Shown here in pieces: positions 19,053 to 28,272 of a DNA stretch of 64,000 nucleotides. Below the pieces are notes generated by a model. The model was given only the letters and a program-made list of their open reading frames with translations, did not search any database and was not told the origin of the DNA. The stretch covers positions 29,134 to 93,133 of the forward strand of contig JBFMGU010000004.1 in NCBI GenBank assembly GCA_040752415.1, read 5' to 3'. The stretch comes from Myxococcota bacterium. GTDB lineage: Bacteria; Myxococcota; JACRCW01. The first letter of the stretch is position 1, and every line of letters begins with the position of its first letter. The position numbers and the translations under genes were made by a program.

Positions 19053-20510
19053 ATGCGACGAATCACGATGGTGTTCCTCCTCAGCACCAGCAACGCGTTG
19101 GCCGCCGACCCCGGGCCCGAGCTCACCTGCGGCGCTGCGGTTCCCTATTTCGACGACTGCTTTGACTGCGGCGGTAGTGACGAGGTGGAAGACAATGAGT
19201 GCTCCACCTACGTGAATGCCGCGTCTCAGGGATGTGACCAGCCGACGGACAACCCCAGCCCGGACCGCATCCTGAACTTCACCGCCGCGCAGGATGAGTG
19301 GGTCGAATTCGACGCGGGCTACGGAGTCGACCTGCACATGAACCTGTACGTGTCGCAGGGGACGAATGCCTGCACCTCGAACTTCTACTGCCTCGACTGG
19401 GCGGGCCCGCAACACGAGTACGCCGACGGGTGGGGAGGCGAAATGTACAGCGGATTCGTCGCCACCGGCGGGGTGAGCTACCGCCTTGCATTCGACTTGA
19501 ACGAGTCCACGAGCCCGGATGGCGACCGGGTGCTCGAGGTGTCCCGCTTTGAGTGCTGTCCCGACCTGGACGGCGACGGAGCATTCAACACCAACGACGG
19601 GACCGACTGCCCGATGTTGCTGAGCTTCGCCCCCGATCTCGTCGATTGCGACGACAACGACGCGAGCAACTTCCCCACCAACGTCGAGGTGTGTGACCAC
19701 CAGGACAATGACTGCGACCTTGGGGTCGACGAGGGCCTGGTTCTCACCAACTGGTACCTGGACAGTGACGGTGACGGCCATGGCGTGGGCGCCCCCTTCA
19801 ACGACTGTGCTCCTCCCGCCGCCAACTGGGTGACCCAGGACGGCGATTGCGACGACACCGGCTCCGCCGTCCATCCGGGGGCGGTCGAGGTGTGCAACGG
19901 CGTGGACGACGACTGCACCACGCTTGCCGACGACGGCATCTCGTGCCCGGGGCAGACCTCCACAACCAGCAGCACCGCGGCGTCCTCCGCCACGGCATCC
20001 AGTATCAGCGGTGGAACGTCGTCGTCGGACGTGACCGGCTCGTCGTCCGGGTCGTCAAGCACGGCCACCTCCACCTCGTCATCGAGCGGCGGCACTTCCA
20101 CCTCCTCAAGCGCATCCTCCGCCGCCAGCGTGGTCACGTCGTCGAGCAGCGCTGCTGCGTCATCCACCAGCTCTTCCTCGGCAAGCACGGCAGCGTCGTC
20201 GTCGAGCGGCGTGGCCGCATCGTCTGGAGGTTCTTCCTCGTCAAGCGCCGCCGCCGCGTCGTCAAGCAGCGCCTCTGCGGCGACTTCGAGCTCGGGAGGC
20301 AGCTCCTCCGCTTCCGTGATGACGTCCAGCGGCCAGGCTGGAGCGCAATCGTCGAGCGGGGTGGGGCCGCAGAGCTCGGGCGCGCCGGACAGCGACGACG
20401 ACACCACCTCCGCGGGGTGCGCGTGCAACGCAACCAGCGGCGAAGAATGGGTTCTGTCCATCGCGTTTCTCGTCGTGGCGACACTGCGACGTCGCGCGCG
20501 AGCGTCGTGA
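19053..20510 (+). CDS. Secreted MopE-related metal-binding-repeat protein with Ser-rich stalk and MYXO-CTERM-like tail
   Basis: Signal peptide; DCDD..HPGAVEVCNGVDDDC-type repeats; long Ser/Thr/Ala linker; GCAC...TM...RRRAR C-terminus. Confidence 0.8.
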   Translation: MRRITMVFLLSTSNALAADPGPELTCGAAVPYFDDCFDCGGSDEVEDNECSTYVNAASQGCDQPTDNPSPDRILNFTAAQDEWVEFDAGYGVDLHMNLYVSQGTNACTSNFYCLDWAGPQHEYADGWGGEMYSGFVATGGVSYRLAFDLNESTSPDGDRVLEVSRFECCPDLDGDGAFNTNDGTDCPMLLSFAPDLVDCDDNDASNFPTNVEVCDHQDNDCDLGVDEGLVLTNWYLDSDGDGHGVGAPFNDCAPPAANWVTQDGDCDDTGSAVHPGAVEVCNGVDDDCTTLADDGISCPGQTSTTSSTAASSATASSISGGTSSSDVTGSSSGSSSTATSTSSSSGGTSTSSSASSAASVVTSSSSAAASSTSSSSASTAASSSSGVAASSGGSSSSSAAAASSSSASAATSSSGGSSSASVMTSSGQAGAQSSSGVGPQSSGAPDSDDDTTSAGCACNATSGEEWVLSIAFLVVATLRRRARAS

Positions 20511-20911
20511 GTCGTGCATCCGGGTCGTCGGAGGACGCAATCAGGGTGTCGCCCACCGCGCCGCTTCCCAGGTGTACCGCCGCCGTCGCGTCGCCCCTGA
20601 CCCGCGGCGCCAGGTTGGTTCGCGGGGTAGCTGGGCCAAGGAGTCTGCCCAGGGGTCGAGACAATACGGTCGTTGGTATCCGCGTTGGTCTGGGAGCGCG
20701 CACCGTGGTGAGGGGCTCGGCTGGAGCAACCCAGCCCCACGTCGTCGACACCCATGGGTCAGCCCCCAGGCCGCGGCGACGGCCCGCCCCAACGCCCAAG
20801 GCGCCCATCGGAGACCTGGGGTTGAACGGCGGACGTCCGCCCGGGCAGGAGCGGGACCGACCCCGACACACCTGCGCAGCGCGGAACCGACACGGGCCAC
20901 GCTGATGTTCC

Positions 20912-22483
20912 TTGGTTGAATGGGGCGCTCGCGCTAGATGTCCGTGGACCTCGTCACCAGGTCCGACTGGGTTTGGCGGGTTGTCGTCGGTGAATGGGCA
21001 GGCACGGGTGCGTTCCACCCAGCCACCCGCGAACCCCCTCGGGGAGGCCGCTGAGTTGGACACGCGTCTTGATCCGCCCTCCGTGCTGGTCGTCGAGGAT
21101 GAGCCTGTCCAGCGCGCGCTCATCACGGACCTGCTGGTCCTTGAGGGCTTCACGGTGCAGTCCGCGGTGGACGCGGCGGCGGCGTGGCGCGTGCTGGAGC
21201 ACACGTCCGGCCTTGGCGTGGACGCGGTCATCCTGGATGTGAACCTGCCGGTGGAGGGTGGACTCCAACTCCTGCCGCGCATCCGCGCGCTGCAGCCGCA
21301 TCTCTCCGTCATCGTCGTCACCGCCAGCGCCACCGTGGACCAGGCAGTGTTCGCGCTCAAGAACGGCGCGGTGGACTACCTCGTCAAGCCCCTGCTCCCA
21401 GAGGCGCTCAGCTCCGTGGTCCGCAACGCGGTGGAGCGCACGCGCATGGGACGTGAGCTGGCGGCGCGTCGGGCCATTGACGTGCGGGCGCACCTGTCCA
21501 TGGCCAATGCCGTCTTTGCCAGCCCGGCCATGGAATCCGTCCTGCGGATGGTGGAGCACGTCAAGGACAGCAGTGTGCCCGTGCTCATCACCGGGGAGAG
21601 CGGAACGGGCAAGGAGATTGTTGCCCGGTTGGTGCACCAGCTCTCACACCGTCGGGACAAGCCCTTTGTGGCCATCAACTGCGCCACCCTCCCGCAGGAG
21701 CTTGCGGAGAGTGAGCTGTTTGGACATGAGCGGGGGGCGTTCACCTCCGCGCACACCCGACGTCAGGGCAGGTTCGAGGAAGCGGGAAGCGGGACGGTGT
21801 TCCTCGACGAGGCGGGTGAGCTCAATCCGCTGCTGCAGGCCAAGCTGCTGCGCGTGCTCCAGGAACGCGAGTTCACCCGCGTGGGCGGCACCACCATCCG
21901 CTCCGAGGCCCGCGTGCTGGTGGCCACGCACCGTGACCTGCGCGCGGAGGTGAAGGCTGGGCGGTTCCGTGAGGACCTCTACTACCGTCTCGACGTCGTG
22001 ACGCTCCATCTCCCGCCGCTGCGCGAGCGACGCGCGGAGATTCCCGTGCTGGCCGTTCACCTGTTGCGTCGGTTTGCCCAGGAGGAGAACCGGCCGGAAC
22101 AGGCGCTGTCCGCCGACGCCGTGAAGCTCCTCCAGGCCCACACCTGGCCCGGCAACGTGCGGGAGCTGGAGAACGTGCTGAAGCGCAGCGCGTTGATGTG
22201 CCGTGAGACCGTGCTCACCGCGGAGGACCTGCTGCTGCCCGTGGAGATGCGCGCGCAGGTCGATGCCGTCGACGACGTCACCGGCGAGTGGGAGCTGGAC
22301 GGCGCGGCCCGCACGGGCAACGTGGCAACGGCTCCCGTGCGGCGGCTGCGGGACGAGGAGGCGCAGTTGATGATGCGTGCCCTGGCCGAGACCGGAGGCA
22401 ATGTCTCCGAGGCGGCGCGGCTGTTGGGCATCGGTCGCGCCACGTTCTACCGACGAGCCAAGCGCTACCAGCTGCCCATCTGA
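20912..22483 (+). CDS. Sigma54-dependent response regulator (NtrC family)
   Basis: [38 protein letters not shown]; Fis HTH; true start probably further downstream. Confidence 0.93.
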   Translation: MVEWGARARCPWTSSPGPTGFGGLSSVNGQARVRSTQPPANPLGEAAELDTRLDPPSVLVVEDEPVQRALITDLLVLEGFTVQSAVDAAAAWRVLEHTSGLGVDAVILDVNLPVEGGLQLLPRIRALQPHLSVIVVTASATVDQAVFALKNGAVDYLVKPLLPEALSSVVRNAVERTRMGRELAARRAIDVRAHLSMANAVFASPAMESVLRMVEHVKDSSVPVLITGESGTGKEIVARLVHQLSHRRDKPFVAINCATLPQELAESELFGHERGAFTSAHTRRQGRFEEAGSGTVFLDEAGELNPLLQAKLLRVLQEREFTRVGGTTIRSEARVLVATHRDLRAEVKAGRFREDLYYRLDVVTLHLPPLRERRAEIPVLAVHLLRRFAQEENRPEQALSADAVKLLQAHTWPGNVRELENVLKRSALMCRETVLTAEDLLLPVEMRAQVDAVDDVTGEWELDGAARTGNVATAPVRRLRDEEAQLMMRALAETGGNVSEAARLLGIGRATFYRRAKRYQLPI

Positions 22484-22511
22484 TCCCTCCCATCCTGGCT
22501 CCCGACCTCCT

Positions 22512-22757
22512 TTACAGCGGTTCCCGTTCGGGCTGACCGGCACAAAAGGCGGTGTTCCCCCTCCCTCTCCCCCTCCCCATCCCCATCCCGGGAAGTCAGC
22601 GGGTGCGGAGTCCGTGGGTTGTCGATTTTCTCGTCGGAAAACCGGAGGGCACCCGTCGGCCCGGTGCCACTGACTTCCCGGGTTGGGGATGGGGATGGGG
22701 AGAGGGAGGGGGAACACCGCCTTTTGTGCCGGTCAACCCGAACGGGAACCGCTGTAA
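22512..22757. repeat. Long inverted repeat / MITE-like element with 88-bp arms
   Basis: 22512-22599 vs 22670-22757 are reverse complements with 3 mismatches; 70-nt spacer. Confidence 0.9.
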
Positions 22758-23031
22758 TCAGCTGCCATCCCAGCGGGCACGCGTTACGTCACGCCACTGC
22801 TGCGGGTGTCTCCGGAAATCCCGTTGTGCACGCCACCCTGACTGCCGTGGGCGTGTCACTGGATGAGACACCACTTGTCTCACTTTGAGTCAGCGCTTGA
22901 ATCCATGGGACAACCGCGTTGCCGGTTTCTCGTCGGGAACGCGTTCCGGCATGGGCTCTGCACACGCGTGTTCGCGGGGGAGCAACCAGTCGCGGTGGAC
23001 GAGCCACGTGGACGCTTTGCCTCCTCACCCC

Positions 23032-23661
23032 ATGCTGCAGCGGATGCTGACCCTCTGCGGCGGCTACATGTCCTCGATCAATGCTGAAGGCGTGGTCGCT
23101 CGCGCGCTGCGGGCCGCGGGCGTTGAGCGGGAGCGGCTGAACGGGTCCAACGTGACCCAGGTGATTGAGGCCATGCGGCCCGCGCTGCGCCTCTTCCTCA
23201 ACGCCACCCACTCCTCACAGCTCCTGGCCGCGTTGGAGCAGCTGCCCGCCATGTCCAGCGGGCCCACGGAGCAGGTCATCCCGCTGCGCTCCGAGGCGGA
23301 CCTGGTTCCGTGTCGACAAGCTGCGCGCGCGGCGTGCGCCACCGTGGGCCTGGGGCCCTTTGCGCTGCAGAAGGTGGCCACGCTGGTGAGTGAGCTGGCG
23401 CGCAACGTGGTGAAGTACACGCCGGGGGGCACACTCACCATCCGCGCCAATCCCACGTCCCGCAGCGTGGTGGTGGTGGCGGAGGACCAGGGCAAGGGCA
23501 TCCCCAACCTCGACGAGATCTTCTCCGGGAAATACCGCAGCCGCACCGGACTGGGACTGGGATTGGCCGGGTGTCGTCGGCTCTCGCAGAGGTTTGAGGT
23601 GCAGACGGGTCCCAAGGGCACGCGCATTGAGGCCGAGGTGAACTTTGATGGTCGCCAGTGA
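23032..23661 (+). CDS. rsbT: RsbT-like Ser/Thr kinase (anti-sigma family) with N-terminal helical extension
   Basis: [30 protein letters not shown]; start uncertain (23008 or 23032). Confidence 0.82.
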   Translation: MLQRMLTLCGGYMSSINAEGVVARALRAAGVERERLNGSNVTQVIEAMRPALRLFLNATHSSQLLAALEQLPAMSSGPTEQVIPLRSEADLVPCRQAARAACATVGLGPFALQKVATLVSELARNVVKYTPGGTLTIRANPTSRSVVVVAEDQGKGIPNLDEIFSGKYRSRTGLGLGLAGCRRLSQRFEVQTGPKGTRIEAEVNFDGRQ

Positions 23662-24217
23662 GGTAGCCGCACGGCCGCGCGTGGGGGAGCTGGTCAGCGG
23701 CGACGTGGCCCATCACGCCACCGAGGGAGACCGGCACCTGCTCGCCGTGGTGGACGCGCTGGGGCACGGCGCGGTGGCGCACGGCGTGGCGCAGCTGGCC
23801 GTGGCGTTCCTGCGCGGAGCGCGTGCGTCGCAGGGCGTGGAACAGATCGTGGAAGGGCTTCACCTGGCGCTGCGTCAGACGCGGGGCGCCGCGGCGGCGG
23901 TGTGCGTCCTTGAGGGGAACACGCTCTCGGGTTGCTCGGTGGGGAACGTGGCGCTTCGCGCGGAGCGCAGCCGGCTGGGCCTGGTGGCCACGCCGGGAGT
24001 GCTGGGCGTGCGGCTCCACCGTCCCCGCGTGTTTCAATCACGACTGGATGCGCCGGACCGCCTGTGCATCTTCTCCGACGGAGTCAGCAGCAGGTTGGAC
24101 CTCAAGCAGGTCTCCTCCCAACCGCTGCGGGGCGCGGCGCGCCGCATCCTGGAACAGTTTGGCCATCCCCACGACGACGCCACGGTTCTGTTGATGGATA
24201 TTGGGGCAGACGCATGA
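23648..24217 (+). CDS. rsbX: RsbX/SpoIIE-like PP2C phosphatase
   Basis: SGD, VVDALGHG, SVGNV, FSDGV, HDDATVL. Confidence 0.82.
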   Translation: MVASEVAARPRVGELVSGDVAHHATEGDRHLLAVVDALGHGAVAHGVAQLAVAFLRGARASQGVEQIVEGLHLALRQTRGAAAAVCVLEGNTLSGCSVGNVALRAERSRLGLVATPGVLGVRLHRPRVFQSRLDAPDRLCIFSDGVSSRLDLKQVSSQPLRGAARRILEQFGHPHDDATVLLMDIGADA

Positions 24218-24639
24218 ACATGAATGACGCGGTGGTCCCGGTCATCCGACTCTGGGGCTGCTTGCTGGTTCCCATCCAGGGAGAGCTCACCGACGACATG
24301 GCGGGCGTGCTGCAGGATCAGATCCTCCACGCCATCCATGCCCAATCCACGCGCGGGCTCATCCTGGACCTCAGTGGCATTGGTGTGCTGGACAGCCACC
24401 TCTGCTCCGTCCTCGCGCGCGTGGCCGGCGCCGCGGCGCTCATGGGCGCGCCCACCGCCGTGTGCGGAATGCGCGCGGAGATGGCCCTCACCCTCAACTC
24501 CATGGGCATTGACATGCGCGGCATCACCAGCGCGCTGACCCTGGAGGAGGCGCTGCATCACTTTGGAATCATCGCGCAGGACCAGCATGCCAACCGTCAG
24601 GACAAGCTCCTGGAGCTGTTGTTTGGAGGCGCAACGTGA
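24214..24639 (+). CDS. rsbS: RsbS-like STAS protein
   Basis: VPVIRLWGCLLVPIQGEL...VLDS...LMGA...GMRAEMA; ATGA overlap at 24214. Confidence 0.85.
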   Translation: MNMNDAVVPVIRLWGCLLVPIQGELTDDMAGVLQDQILHAIHAQSTRGLILDLSGIGVLDSHLCSVLARVAGAAALMGAPTAVCGMRAEMALTLNSMGIDMRGITSALTLEEALHHFGIIAQDQHANRQDKLLELLFGGAT

Positions 24640-25283
24640 CAACGCAGACCGTGGACGAGCAGTCCGCAACCATCACCATCGAGCGGCGTCGCCTGCAGCG
24701 GATCATGGAGGTGCTCAGCCACCTCTCCCTGCAGAACTTTGACTCCCAGCTCATCACCATCCCCATTGAGCATGACGACGTCTTTGCCGAGACCGAAGCC
24801 ATCCTCAACATGCTCACGGAGGAGTTCGCGCAGGCCAAGCTCCAGAACCAGCAGCTCCTGGAGGAGCAGAAGAACGTCATCAGTCAACAGCGTGCCGCCA
24901 TCAGTGAGCTGTCCACGCCCATCATCGAGATCTGGGACGACATCCTGACGCTGCCGGTGGTGGGGCTGGTGGACACGCAGCGCTCCGCGGAGATGACCGA
25001 GCGGCTGCTCACCGCGGTGCAGACCCAGCGTGCGCGTTGCGTGATCGTGGACCTCACCGGCGTGGAAGTGGTGGACACGGCCACGGCGGATCACCTGGTG
25101 CGGATGACCAAGAGCGCGCAGCTCCTCGGCGCCATGTGCGTGCTCACCGGCATTGGCCCCAGCATCGCCCGCACCCTCATCGAGCTGAACGTGGACCTCG
25201 GCGGCATCAAGGTCCTCCGCAGTCTCAAGGAAGGCCTCACCGAGTGCATCCAGTTCATTGCCAGCAAGCGCAAGCAGGTCTGA
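24636..25283 (+). CDS. rsbR: RsbR-like STAS protein
   Basis: ELSTPII...LPVVGLVDTQRS...DLTGVEVVDT...LLGA...TGI. Confidence 0.87.
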   Translation: MTTQTVDEQSATITIERRRLQRIMEVLSHLSLQNFDSQLITIPIEHDDVFAETEAILNMLTEEFAQAKLQNQQLLEEQKNVISQQRAAISELSTPIIEIWDDILTLPVVGLVDTQRSAEMTERLLTAVQTQRARCVIVDLTGVEVVDTATADHLVRMTKSAQLLGAMCVLTGIGPSIARTLIELNVDLGGIKVLRSLKEGLTECIQFIASKRKQV

Positions 25284-25304
25284 ACCCGCGAGAAAGGAGA
25301 ACCC

Positions 25305-25724
25305 GTGGAAAAGCCCGTGGAAGAGCTCAGGTTTGGCAAGCACGTCCTGCAGTACTTCGGTCAGAAGATCTTCGTGATCGCCTATGACGGCGACGTCAAC
25401 GAGGCGGAGGCCAAGACGCTGATGGACTTCATCAACGCCCGCGACAAGGACCCCGTGGTGGGCTTCTACGTCACGGAGATGTCGAAGATGGGGAAGTTCA
25501 CGCCGGAAGCCCGCAAGGTGATTGGCAGCAGCAACAACCAGAGCCTCAAGGACCTCTACCTGTGCATGGTCAACGCCAGCGTGGTCACCCGCGCGGCGCT
25601 GATGCTGGTGCTCACCGCCGCCCGACTCACCAGCAGCACCAACACGCACATGAAGAGCTTCAACAACGTGGAAGATGCCCTCAACTACTGCCGTGCCACC
25701 GCCAAGGAGAAGGGCGTGGCCTGA
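25305..25724 (+). CDS. STAS/SEC14 (SpoIIAA-like) small protein
   Basis: AAAGGAGA RBS; FTPEARK...VNASVVTRA...FNNVEDALNY pattern. Confidence 0.65.
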   Translation: MEKPVEELRFGKHVLQYFGQKIFVIAYDGDVNEAEAKTLMDFINARDKDPVVGFYVTEMSKMGKFTPEARKVIGSSNNQSLKDLYLCMVNASVVTRAALMLVLTAARLTSSTNTHMKSFNNVEDALNYCRATAKEKGVA

Positions 25725-25735
25725 GAGGCTCCGTC

Positions 25736-26170
25736 ATGAGCGCGTCCCTGCGCGTGCGTTTGTGTCACCGGGAAGACGCCACCACCGCGGCCGTGGCCGC
25801 GCGGCGTTTCTCCCTGGCCGCCGGGTTGGACCGCCTGGCCAGCAACGAGGTGGCGCTGGCGGCCATGGAGCTGGCGGCCAACGCCGTGCGGCACGGCGGC
25901 GGTGGTGAGTTGGAGCTGTTGCAGGAGGGGAACGGCGTCACGGTGCGCGTCGTCGACGACGGACCCGGCATGCCTTCGCCGGAGACGCTGTTCACCCAGC
26001 AGCCGCGGGACCCCAACATGGTCTGGACGCCGGGCACCACGTTGGGCGCGGGCGGCGCGGCGGTGCGCAGGTTGATGGACAGTGTGGTGGCGGTGGCACG
26101 CGTGCAAGGTGGGTTGGAGGTGCGTGCCACCAAGCTCCTCGTGCGAGGCAACACCCATCACCGTTGCTGA
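25736..26170 (+). CDS. Second RsbT-like ATP-binding protein
   Basis: MELAANAVRHGGGG, VDDGPGM, LGAGGAAVRRLMD. Confidence 0.8.
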   Translation: MSASLRVRLCHREDATTAAVAARRFSLAAGLDRLASNEVALAAMELAANAVRHGGGGELELLQEGNGVTVRVVDDGPGMPSPETLFTQQPRDPNMVWTPGTTLGAGGAAVRRLMDSVVAVARVQGGLEVRATKLLVRGNTHHRC

Positions 26171-26191
26171 AGCGACGTTGCTCCCGCGCAC

Positions 26192-26905
26192 TCACGGCTC
26201 CACGCGGATCCGGACCTGGCGCTCCTGCGCCGCGTGGATGCGTCCACCCTTGCCAAAGGCGGGATCCAGCTCGCCAGCCGTCCGACGGGAAACGGTGATG
26301 GTGGCGTCGCAGCTCCGGGCGTTCTGCGTTGCCGACCCCGTGAGCGAACCGGAGGAGATGACCCATGACCCGCTGTCGGTCTCGAGCCATTTGGCATACG
26401 GGACAAAGCACTCTCCTTCCGCCGTGACCAGCACCTGGTTTCCGCTGGTACCCGCGGGACGCCAACTCACGGCAATCGGCTCGGAGCCACGACGCACCAC
26501 CACGTCCGCCGCCGGTGCCAGCAGGTCGAACACGTCTGGCAACGTACAGGTGCTTCGCGGCGCGCCGGACTTGTCCTTGCGCGTGAGCGAGAACACGAAC
26601 TGCGATCCCAACGTGGTCTGGTTGTGCTCCGAGCTGTACCAGGCGCGCGGTCCCTCGAGCTGCGGCGACATCCTTCTGGGTTGCGCCTCCGCGGCGGCCA
26701 CCAGCATCGCGTCGTCGTTGGTCAGCTCCACGTAGCGCGGCGAATCCAGGTCGCCCTGCCGCAGCACCACCTCCGCGCGCGTCGCCACGCCGTTGGATAC
26801 CGCACGGATGTCCGCGCTCAGCTCCGCCAGGTCCACCTCCGCCGACGGCACCGGCTGACACGCCACCCACGCCGGTACCAACACCAGCTTCAGCATCCGC
26901 TTCAT
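26192..26905 (-). CDS. Putative lipoprotein, hypothetical
   Basis: MKRMLKLVLVPAWVA-C lipobox-like start; coding-like codon usage. Confidence 0.6.
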   Translation of the reverse strand: MKRMLKLVLVPAWVACQPVPSAEVDLAELSADIRAVSNGVATRAEVVLRQGDLDSPRYVELTNDDAMLVAAAEAQPRRMSPQLEGPRAWYSSEHNQTTLGSQFVFSLTRKDKSGAPRSTCTLPDVFDLLAPAADVVVRRGSEPIAVSWRPAGTSGNQVLVTAEGECFVPYAKWLETDSGSWVISSGSLTGSATQNARSCDATITVSRRTAGELDPAFGKGGRIHAAQERQVRIRVEP

Positions 26906-26982
26906 TCGCTTTCCAACCTCCTCAGCCATCTTGGAGCAGTGCGTGCATGCAGGCCGGTGGCTCAATGCACCACGGAGACCGG

Positions 26983-28266
26983 ATGAACCTCTGCTCCCTC
27001 GTCACCATCCTGTTGGCTGCAACCGTTGCACCCGCGGAAACCAACACCCAATCCACGCCAACCGTGACCAGCAGCCCGGCTGCCGTCGTGGTGCCAGCGC
27101 TTCCAGTCCCAGAGCGTCCCCGCCTGGAATTCGGTGACGCGGGGTACCTGGAGCTCAGCGCGGTGATGAACGCGTGGGTGGTTGGCTCGGGTCGCTGGAC
27201 GTTCAGGTTGCGTCGCGCGGAGCTGTACGCGTCGGGCCGGGTGGTGAAGCACCTGGGTTTCAACCTGATGCTGGACCCCGCCCGTGTGCTGGAGCTGGTC
27301 CCCACGTCGGTGCGCGTGCTCAACCAGGACCCGGGTGCGTCGGTGTTCTACCGCAGCGAGCGCGTGTTGGTGCTGCAACCGCCGGGCAAGGTCTCCATGC
27401 TGCAGGACATGGTGCTGGTCCTCACGGCCATTCCGTACATGAACCTCGCCATCGGGCAGGGACGCATCCCCATGTCCAACGAGGCCACCACGTCGTCGCG
27501 GAACCTCTTGTTCGCGGAGCGTTGGGAGCTGGCGCGCGTCTTCAGTGATTGGCGCGACGTGGGCGCGTGGGCCAGCTACCGCTTCAAGTACCTGGCGTAT
27601 CACGTGGGGCTCTACAACGGCGCCGGCGCCAACGCGTTGGATGACGACGTCAACAAGGACTTTGCCGCGCGGCTGGAGCTGCTGGTGCCGCTGGTGGGCC
27701 TGAAAGTGGGCACCTCGCTCCTGCGCACGCTGCCCGGTCACGACGCATGGATTGGTCAGCAGCAGCACCGCTTGGGGCAGCTCATGGACGTCATGACGCG
27801 GGCCCCCGGTCCGGAGAGCGCGCAGCGCCTCAGACGTGCCGCCGTGGTCTGGCTGCCCGGCGACGACCCGGGTGCGCGCACCGCGCTGGGAGCGGACATC
27901 ACACTCGAGCTGGGGGGTGTGCGGGCAAGCGCGGAGGCGTACCAGTTGCGCCTGCTGACGCGGGAGTCGGTGCCGCAGGTCATCCTGCCGCGCGGTGCGG
28001 CGGTGAGCGTGGGCTACACGGTGGGCCGCCTGTTCGTTGCCGACTGGCAGCCCGCGTGGCGCCTGGAATGGTACGACGCCGACTGGCTCTTTGAAGGGGA
28101 TGAGCTCCTGCGCTCGACGGTGGGCTCGAACTTCATGTTCGCCGGCAACCACGCCAAGTTGCAGCTGAACTGGATGCATTCCATGACCGCATCCTTCAAC
28201 GCGGATGGACAGCTCTTCCCCGTCAATGACGACGCATTCGTGGTGAGTGTGCAGGGCGCGCTCTGA
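26983..28266 (+). CDS. Outer-membrane porin (phosphate-selective OprO/P-like)
   Basis: Signal peptide; FRLRRAELY, GQGRIP, LLFAER, RDVG, GLYNGAG...NKDFAARLE, KLQLNW. Confidence 0.72.
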   Translation: MNLCSLVTILLAATVAPAETNTQSTPTVTSSPAAVVVPALPVPERPRLEFGDAGYLELSAVMNAWVVGSGRWTFRLRRAELYASGRVVKHLGFNLMLDPARVLELVPTSVRVLNQDPGASVFYRSERVLVLQPPGKVSMLQDMVLVLTAIPYMNLAIGQGRIPMSNEATTSSRNLLFAERWELARVFSDWRDVGAWASYRFKYLAYHVGLYNGAGANALDDDVNKDFAARLELLVPLVGLKVGTSLLRTLPGHDAWIGQQQHRLGQLMDVMTRAPGPESAQRLRRAAVVWLPGDDPGARTALGADITLELGGVRASAEAYQLRLLTRESVPQVILPRGAAVSVGYTVGRLFVADWQPAWRLEWYDADWLFEGDELLRSTVGSNFMFAGNHAKLQLNWMHSMTASFNADGQLFPVNDDAFVVSVQGAL

Positions 28267-28272
28267 CATGGC

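Noticed and set aside
19950..20400. TCC/TCG/AGC-rich low-complexity DNA as a repeat element
   Set aside because: Fully explained by the serine-rich linker of the encoded protein
21715..21760. GAFTSA instead of GAFTGA as a sign of an inactive sigma54 activator
   Set aside because: The key F-T residues and all other AAA+ motifs are intact; a single substitution is not enough evidence
22512..22757. Retron msr/msd or complete IS interpretation of the long hairpins
   Set aside because: No reverse transcriptase or transposase is encoded next to any of the three elements
26983..28266. Porin as the barrel of a porin-cytochrome conduit with the 11-heme protein
   Set aside because: It is on the opposite strand (convergent) and looks like an OprO/P-type anion porin, not MtrB-like
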